Assembly: GCA_963757865.1 (NCBI GenBank)
Contig: CAVWSU010000013.1
Location: forward strand, 320,350-384,349
Reading direction: 5' to 3'
Source of the DNA: an uncultured Chloroflexia bacterium
GTDB taxonomy: Bacteria > Chloroflexota > Limnocylindria > Limnocylindrales > CSP1-4
DNA: 64,000 bases
Shown: positions 58,269 through 64,000 of the stretch, in pieces
How the letters are laid out: every line of letters starts with the position of its first letter
Numbering within the stretch: the stretch's first letter is position 1
The notes under the pieces: generated by a model
Databases searched by the model: none
The model's input: only the letters and a program-made list of their open reading frames with translations
What the model was told of the DNA's origin: nothing
Program-made: the position numbers and the translations under genes

Positions 58269-61200
58269 ATGCCGCAGGCACCCACAACCGGGACCAATCG
58301 CCACGTCGTCGTGGTCGGCGCGTCGGCAGGCGGCGTCGAGGCCCTGTCCGAGTTCCTCGCATCCCTGCCCTCCGACTTCGGCGCGCCGGTCATCGTCGCC
58401 CAGCACCTCAACCCGGGACGGGCAAGCCACCTGCACGACATCCTCGGTCGCCGATCTCCGCTCCCGCTGCGTGTCGCCGGTGAGCGGGAGCCGCTGGAGC
58501 CGGGCGTGGTCTTCGTGATCCCGGCAAACCACGACGCCGAGATCCAGGACGCGTCCATCGTCCTTCACGAGATTTCCGGCGGGCGCGCCGCGCCCTACAT
58601 CGACCGGTTGCTGAGGACTGCCGCCGGGTCGATCGGCGCGGGGACGATCGCGGTCATCCTGAGCGGCAGCGGTTCCGACGGCGCCGCCGGGGCGCACGAC
58701 GTCGCCGCCGCCGGAGGCACGGTGATCGTCCAGGACCCGGGGAACGCGGCCTTCCCGTCGATGCCGCTCGCCGTCGCCGCCAGCGCGGTCGACATCGTCG
58801 CGCAGCCTTCTGCGATGGGTTCGCTGCTCGCACGGCTCCTCGCCGGCGGCCCCGCCGTCCGCAATCCGGACGACGATCGGCAGCTCCGTCTGCTGCTGAT
58901 GCGGCTCGGCGAGTGGAGCGGGATCGATTTCGCGGCCTACAAGCGACCGACGATCCTGCGCCGGCTGCAGAGCCGGATGGCCGCCACGCGGCAGGAGTCG
59001 CTCGCCGACTACGTCGCGTACCTCGAGGAGGTACCCGACGAGTACCAGCACCTCGTCGGCAGCCTGCTCATCAAGGTGACGGAGTTCTTCCGCGACGCAA
59101 AGGTGATGGATCACCTGCGCCGACGCGTGTTGCCCGAACTCCTCGCGCATGCCGGTGTCGCCGGGGAGCTGCGCGTCTGGTGCGCCGGGTGTGCCACCGG
59201 CGAAGAGGCGTACACCGTCGCGATGCTGGTCGCGGACGCGCTCGGGGACGACCGCCAGCAGATCGAGGTGCGCATCTTCGCCACCGATATCGACGCCGCG
59301 GCGCTCGCGTTCGCCCGGCGCGGGGTGTACGGGGCCGGGGCCGTGCGCAACGTGCCCGCCGACCTCCTCGAGCGGTACTTCGTGGCGACCGGCGACGAGT
59401 TCTCCGTCACCAAGGAACTGCGCGACCTGGTCGTATTCGGCGAGCACGATCTCGGTGCGCGGCCACCGTTCCCACGGATCGATCTCATCCTGTGCCGGAA
59501 CGTCCTGATCTACTTCAAGCCCGAGCTCCAGCAACGCGTCCTGCGGGCCTTCGCCTTCGCACTGCGCGACGGCGGGTGGCTGGTGCTGGGCAGCTCGGAA
59601 AGTGCGTCGGCACTCGGCACGACCTTCGCGGCCGACCGCGGGCCGCTGAAGATCTATCGGCGCGTCGGCCCGGCACCGGCCCCGCCGCTCGGCCCGTCGA
59701 GCGCGACCATCCCGCGTGCCCGGGCGAGCGTGCCCCCGGCCGGCCCATCACGCCGCGTCGCCGCCCATCCGGTCACCCTCACCGGCGACGGTCGCATCGG
59801 AGACGGATCGGGGACGGGACAGGCCCACGCCGAGCGGACCCTGCTGGATCTGCCCGTGGGCGTGGTCACCCTCGGCCGGCACTGGGAGACGCTGGGGATC
59901 AACCCTGCGGCACGCCGGCTGCTGGGCGTCCACGGAGTCGCCCTCGGCGACGACTTCGCGCACCTCGCGGAGTCTCTCCCGGCGACCCCACTGCGCGACG
60001 CGCTGCGCGACGCGTTCCAGGGCGAGGCGACCACGGCCGTGTGGGAGACCTTGACGCCGGAGCTGCTGACGGGGCGGCCGCGCCACCTGGAAGTCATGTG
60101 TACGCCCTTCCGCCGTCAGCCCGGTGACCCGGTCGCGGGCGCCATCATCGTCATCGGTGACGCCAGCGGCGCGGCGGAGGACCGCACCGCGCTCCCCATC
60201 CTGCGCCAGAGGCTGGATCAGGCGATCGACGAGGGCAGGCGACTGCTCGCGCAGAACGAGGAGGTGACGACCCTCAACGATCGGCTCCGCGTCTCGAACG
60301 AGCGGCTGCTGATGGGCGTCGAGGACGCGCTGGCCGCGCGCGAGGAGGCGGAGACGCTCGCGGAGGAGTTGCAGGCCTCCAACGAGGAGCTCGAGACCGT
60401 CAACGAAGAGCTGCAGGCGAGCGTCGAGGAGCTCAACGTCGCCAACGAGGACCTCGCCACCCGGACGGACGAACTGGCCGCCCAGACCGCCGTCCTGGCG
60501 GCCCAGGCGCAGGAGTTGGCCCAGGAACGCGACCGGATGAGGTCCATCCTCCACGGGATGGCCGACGCGGTCCTGGCCGTGGATGCCGACGGCCAGGCCG
60601 TCATGTGGAACGAGGCGTACCAGGCGACATTCGGCGACCCCCGGATGCCCCTGGTCCCCGAGGACGAGGCAAGCCTTCCGCTCGACCCCGAGGCCTGGCC
60701 ACAGCAGCGCGTGCGCCGCGGCGAGTCCTTCAGCATGGCGTTCACGAAGCGTGGCCCGGATGGGGCGCGGCGGTGGTTCGAGGCGAGGGGTTCCGGGCTG
60801 CAGCTGCCGATCCCCGGCTGGGCAGGCGTGGTGGTGATCCGCGAGGTGACCGAGCGAAGCCTGCGCACGCTGCAGGAGCAGTTCATGATCGCGGCGAGCC
60901 ACGAGCTCCGCACGCCGATCGCTGCCCTCCACGGGTACGTTCAGCTGCTGGCCCGGCGTCTTGGCTCCGGCACCGACGACACGGCCGCCGGCTACGCTGC
61001 GAGCGCGCTCTCCCAGACCCAGCGACTCGGAGAGCTGACGGACCGCTTGTTCGATCTGAGCCTTTTCGCGCTGGACCGGGCGGTGCTCAAGTACGAAAGG
61101 GTCGATCTCGTGGCCCTGGCCCGCCGTGTCGCGGAGATGACCGCCGTGCTCGCGGACGGAACGCTCATCGAGGTCCATGGCGGGTCCCGGCGGCTCCTCG

Positions 61201-61559
61201 TGGACGGCGATGTCGGGCGCCTCGAGCAGGTGGTGGGCAGCCTCATGACGAACGCCCTCGTGCATGGAGCGGCCGAGCACCTGGACGTGACGCTGCGGCG
61301 GGTCGGGCCGTGGGCAGAGATCGTGGTCGCCGACGACGGTCGCGGGATCCCGCCCGACGAGATGCCGGGCCTGTTCGACCGTTTCACCCGGGCGGGGCAG
61401 CCCCGCCAGGGCGTGCGGGTGGGTCTCGGCCTCGGCCTGTTCCTGACGCGCGAGATCGTGGTTGCCCACGGTGGCACGATCGAGGCCTCGTCGGACCTGG
61501 GGCGCGGGACGACGGTCACGGTCCGACTGCCGGCTTCGCCGCGTCGGAGTCGAGCGTGA
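58269..61559 (+). CDS. CheB methylesterase-CheR methyltransferase-PAS-histidine kinase fusion
   Basis: CheB GASAGG/QH/SGSGSDG; CheR WCAGCATGEEAY, ATDID, CRNVLIYF; coiled coil; SHELRTP; DDGRGI, GLGLGL. Confidence 0.9.
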   Translation: MPQAPTTGTNRHVVVVGASAGGVEALSEFLASLPSDFGAPVIVAQHLNPGRASHLHDILGRRSPLPLRVAGEREPLEPGVVFVIPANHDAEIQDASIVLHEISGGRAAPYIDRLLRTAAGSIGAGTIAVILSGSGSDGAAGAHDVAAAGGTVIVQDPGNAAFPSMPLAVAASAVDIVAQPSAMGSLLARLLAGGPAVRNPDDDRQLRLLLMRLGEWSGIDFAAYKRPTILRRLQSRMAATRQESLADYVAYLEEVPDEYQHLVGSLLIKVTEFFRDAKVMDHLRRRVLPELLAHAGVAGELRVWCAGCATGEEAYTVAMLVADALGDDRQQIEVRIFATDIDAAALAFARRGVYGAGAVRNVPADLLERYFVATGDEFSVTKELRDLVVFGEHDLGARPPFPRIDLILCRNVLIYFKPELQQRVLRAFAFALRDGGWLVLGSSESASALGTTFAADRGPLKIYRRVGPAPAPPLGPSSATIPRARASVPPAGPSRRVAAHPVTLTGDGRIGDGSGTGQAHAERTLLDLPVGVVTLGRHWETLGINPAARRLLGVHGVALGDDFAHLAESLPATPLRDALRDAFQGEATTAVWETLTPELLTGRPRHLEVMCTPFRRQPGDPVAGAIIVIGDASGAAEDRTALPILRQRLDQAIDEGRRLLAQNEEVTTLNDRLRVSNERLLMGVEDALAAREEAETLAEELQASNEELETVNEELQASVEELNVANEDLATRTDELAAQTAVLAAQAQELAQERDRMRSILHGMADAVLAVDADGQAVMWNEAYQATFGDPRMPLVPEDEASLPLDPEAWPQQRVRRGESFSMAFTKRGPDGARRWFEARGSGLQLPIPGWAGVVVIREVTERSLRTLQEQFMIAASHELRTPIAALHGYVQLLARRLGSGTDDTAAGYAASALSQTQRLGELTDRLFDLSLFALDRAVLKYERVDLVALARRVAEMTAVLADGTLIEVHGGSRRLLVDGDVGRLEQVVGSLMTNALVHGAAEHLDVTLRRVGPWAEIVVADDGRGIPPDEMPGLFDRFTRAGQPRQGVRVGLGLGLFLTREIVVAHGGTIEASSDLGRGTTVTVRLPASPRRSRA

Positions 61560-62167
61560 TCGACCTGGTCATCGTGGAGGACCATCCGGCGATCGCGGAA
61601 GGGCTGGCGGCGCTGCTCGGCAGCGAGCCGGACGTGCGCATCGTCGGGACGGCCGGTGATCGGGCCGCGGCGCAGACGTTGATCGAGCAGGGTCATCCGG
61701 ACGTGGTCCTGTGCGACGTCATGCAGGACGGGCTCGACAGCGGGCTCGATCTTCTCGCTCAGTTCGCCGGTCATGGGCCCGCCTTCGTCATGTACAGCGC
61801 GTACAGCAAGGCGAGCTTCCTGGCCAAGGCCGTCTCGCTCGGGGCTGCCGCCTACGTGTCGAAGCTGGAGTCCGCCGAGGAGATCATCCGGGTGATCCGG
61901 GAGGCTGCCCGGGGGCGGCGCGTCTTCGGGGCCGACACGCTTCGAGAGGCCCGCGGCGCACGGCGGCCGCCCACAGCGCGCGAATTGGAGACGATCAGCC
62001 TGATGGCGCGCGGTCGCACGAACGAGGAGATCGCGACCGCCCTCTCGATCCAGGTCAAGACCGTGGAAAGCCGTCTCCGTCGGTTGTTCGATCGATACGA
62101 CGTGACGAACCGCATGAGTCTCGTGTACCTCGCCCGGCACGAGGGCTGGCTTCTCGACCTCGGGTGA
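61556..62167 (+). CDS. NarL/LuxR-type response regulator
   Basis: VEDH, VLCD, YVSK receiver residues; C-terminal HTH RELETISLMARGRTNEEIA; coupled to the kinase. Confidence 0.9.
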   Translation: MIDLVIVEDHPAIAEGLAALLGSEPDVRIVGTAGDRAAAQTLIEQGHPDVVLCDVMQDGLDSGLDLLAQFAGHGPAFVMYSAYSKASFLAKAVSLGAAAYVSKLESAEEIIRVIREAARGRRVFGADTLREARGARRPPTARELETISLMARGRTNEEIATALSIQVKTVESRLRRLFDRYDVTNRMSLVYLARHEGWLLDLG

Positions 62168-62179
62168 TGCCGTCGCGGG

Positions 62180-62590
62180 TCAGGCTCGTGTCCGTGACGT
62201 GCGCGGCCCGGCGTGGTCGTGACCGCCTGCGGTCGTGACGGGTCGCAGCACCATCGCCGCGCCCATGATCAGCGCCGGGAGAACCCCGGCGGCCGTGGCC
62301 ACCCGTGGCGCGCCGGAAAGGTAGAGCCCTGCGCCCAGGCCCACGGAACCGGCAGCCAGCCATCGAAGCGTGGAGTCCGGCAGCGCCTGCAGTGTGCTCG
62401 CCGTGCCCTGCGCTCCGGTTCGGGCGGCGCGCATCGCATCGGGCGCTCGCCGCAGGAGTGCCGCGGTGCCCGTGCGCGCGATCCCGACCGCGGCCGAGGC
62501 GCGTCGCGTTACCGCATCCCGGTGGGGGCGGCGGACAGGCGCGCGTGCGACGTCACCGGGCGAATGCCGCGTGGCATCGACCTTCGTCAT
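62180..62590 (-). CDS. Hypothetical protein with C-terminal TM hairpin
   Basis: Lies in a run of co-directional small stress-type genes; no family recognised. Confidence 0.5.
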   Translation of the reverse strand: MTKVDATRHSPGDVARAPVRRPHRDAVTRRASAAVGIARTGTAALLRRAPDAMRAARTGAQGTASTLQALPDSTLRWLAAGSVGLGAGLYLSGAPRVATAAGVLPALIMGAAMVLRPVTTAGGHDHAGPRTSRTRA

Positions 62591-62611
62591 GTCCCGCTCC
62601 AGATCCCCGGC

Positions 62612-62887
62612 TCACGTCCGTCGCGCGCCGACCGCCCCGCGTGAACCCATGAACGTCCTGGCGACGACGATGACGATGATGGCGCCGACAACGGCTACCA
62701 CGAGACTCTCGAGGTTCAGGCCCGTCACGTCGGCGATGTTGAGCACGGTGCCCGCGACGAATCCGCCCACAACCGCACCGACGATGCCCAGCACGACCAT
62801 CATCACGAGCCCTTCACGGGAGCCCATGATCAGGTTGGCAATGAACCCGGCGATGGCACCGAGCACGATCCAGGAAATGATGCCCAT
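62612..62887 (-). CDS. GlsB/YeaQ/YmgE family (transglycosylase-associated) membrane protein
   Basis: MGIISWIVLGAIAGFIA...GIVGAVVGG...VAVVGAIIVI. Confidence 0.9.
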   Translation of the reverse strand: MGIISWIVLGAIAGFIANLIMGSREGLVMMVVLGIVGAVVGGFVAGTVLNIADVTGLNLESLVVAVVGAIIVIVVARTFMGSRGAVGARRT

Positions 62888-62978
62888 CGGACTTGTCCTT
62901 CCTTCGGGTGGCTGCCTCGGCGGTGCTGGCCGGTCGCGTGGGCCACGAGCGTGAGGCTCGTGGCGCCGCGTCCCGGTC

Positions 62979-63407
62979 TCAGGCCGGCTCGCGCCGGAAG
63001 ATCCCGACGGCCCAGAGGATGACCAGCTCGAGGATCGACCAGCCGATGAAGGCGACGATGGCGCTCACGTCGAGCACCGAGCCGCCCGATGTCAGGGCAT
63101 TCGTGTTGAGGATGCCCTCGAACGGGGCGACGAAGATCTTGCTCACGTCGAGGATGCCCGACACGAGGGCGTTGCCGGTGCGGGCGTCGAGCAGGAGCAG
63201 GACGATCCGCAGGCCGATCACGATCTGGATCAGGCCGAAGACGAGGATGATCACGCGACTGGCCAACTGGCCGCCGCCGATGGGCCGGGTGTCTGCCACG
63301 GGCCGGACGTCTGTCGTGGGCTGTGCGAGGGTGCGAGCCGGCTGGACGGCCGGAGTCGTGCCCGGCGGCCCCTCTGTGACGACGCCGGGTGCTTCCTGGA
63401 CGGTCAT
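62979..63407 (-). CDS. YggT family membrane protein
   Basis: IGLRIVLLLL...FVAPFEGI...DVSAIVAFIGW. Confidence 0.75.
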   Translation of the reverse strand: MTVQEAPGVVTEGPPGTTPAVQPARTLAQPTTDVRPVADTRPIGGGQLASRVIILVFGLIQIVIGLRIVLLLLDARTGNALVSGILDVSKIFVAPFEGILNTNALTSGGSVLDVSAIVAFIGWSILELVILWAVGIFRREPA

Positions 63408-63516
63408 GATTGCCACTTCCCCTGGCGACGGAGGACGAGGCACGCTGCCGGCCGAACGGCCGACTGGACCGTCGCTCCGAGGTCAACCCCGATCGTAGTC
63501 AACCCGCCCCCGCGTG

Positions 63517-63577
63517 CGCGAGGATGGAAACCCGCCCAGCTGGATACCCGGCGACAAGGCGGGTTTCCATCCTCGCG
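63517..63577. repeat. Perfect 20-bp inverted repeat with a 21-nt loop
   Basis: CGCGAGGATGGAAACCCGCC / GGCGGGTTTCCATCCTCGCG. Confidence 0.85.
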
Positions 63578-64000
63578 GGCACTCGCCCAAGCCCGCCAGA
63601 CTGGCGCGGGTCGAGCTCGCCATGCCCGACGTCCGCGAGAACCGGCTCGCGAGCGACCACGCGCGCCGCTGCGCGACGGGGGCGGCACGGCAGCTCATGC
63701 ACGCCGGGTAGGCCGCGTACGCTGCCACCGACGCCGTGCCAGGCCGGACCCGGTCGGAAAGGGGAGCGAACGAGAATGCTGGCGCGTCGATCCCCGGCCC
63801 GTGCCGTTGCAGTCCGTGGCGACCGCTGGCGGGTGGCTCGGTCGCCGAATGGTTCCGACCCCGGGCCCGCTGCGCGGGCGGGTTTCAGGCCCGAGACGGA
63901 GACAACAGGGCCCCGGCCCTTCTCCGCGTCTCGTCCATGAGACGGACGCCCGCCCTTCGCGACCGGCCGCGAATGCTCGGCGGGTCGGACGTCCTCCACG

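Noticed and set aside
63481-63510. GTCAACCC repeats resembling IscB/omega-RNA starts
   Set aside because: Only a short match, with no IscB, TnpB or TnpA gene in the window.

Overview
Very GC-rich bacterial chromosome segment. A Chloroflexota (Limnocylindria-like) origin is inferred from the GAAC-N4-GTTC SOS boxes, the DUF5679-type small protein, tRNA-Ala(CGC) and overall gene style; it is not proven. Core genes: uppS, gap, pgk, rpsT, lepA, hemW, a nucleoside phosphorylase and tRNA-Ala. Accessory genes: two orphan histidine kinases, a CheB/CheR-kinase plus response regulator, a MarR-ClC channel pair, two ABC exporters, a hemerythrin/ArsR-Crp/ferredoxin/DUF2249/YwiC redox cluster, a Fic protein, and an SOS mutagenesis cassette (imuA, imuB, small ORF, dnaE2) split into two parts that each have a LexA box. 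Three things stand out. (1) A 2,772-bp transposase-free cassette (16619-19390) has ~62-bp terminal inverted repeats and an 8-bp target duplication, and carries only an ECF sigma factor and a membrane anti-sigma candidate ending in a neocarzinostatin-apoprotein-like domain. (2) Two related 197-bp elements with 37-bp inverted ends sit, in opposite orientations and readable in frame, inside dnaE2. (3) That dnaE2 reconstructs to ~2,000 aa, about twice the usual size, through repeat-rich inserts. At least six single-base indels break otherwise intact genes (marR, yihY, three in dnaE2, the LTD-OB protein). They look like long-read consensus errors, so pseudogene calls are provisional. Most long ORFs in the supplied track are GC-driven shadow frames.
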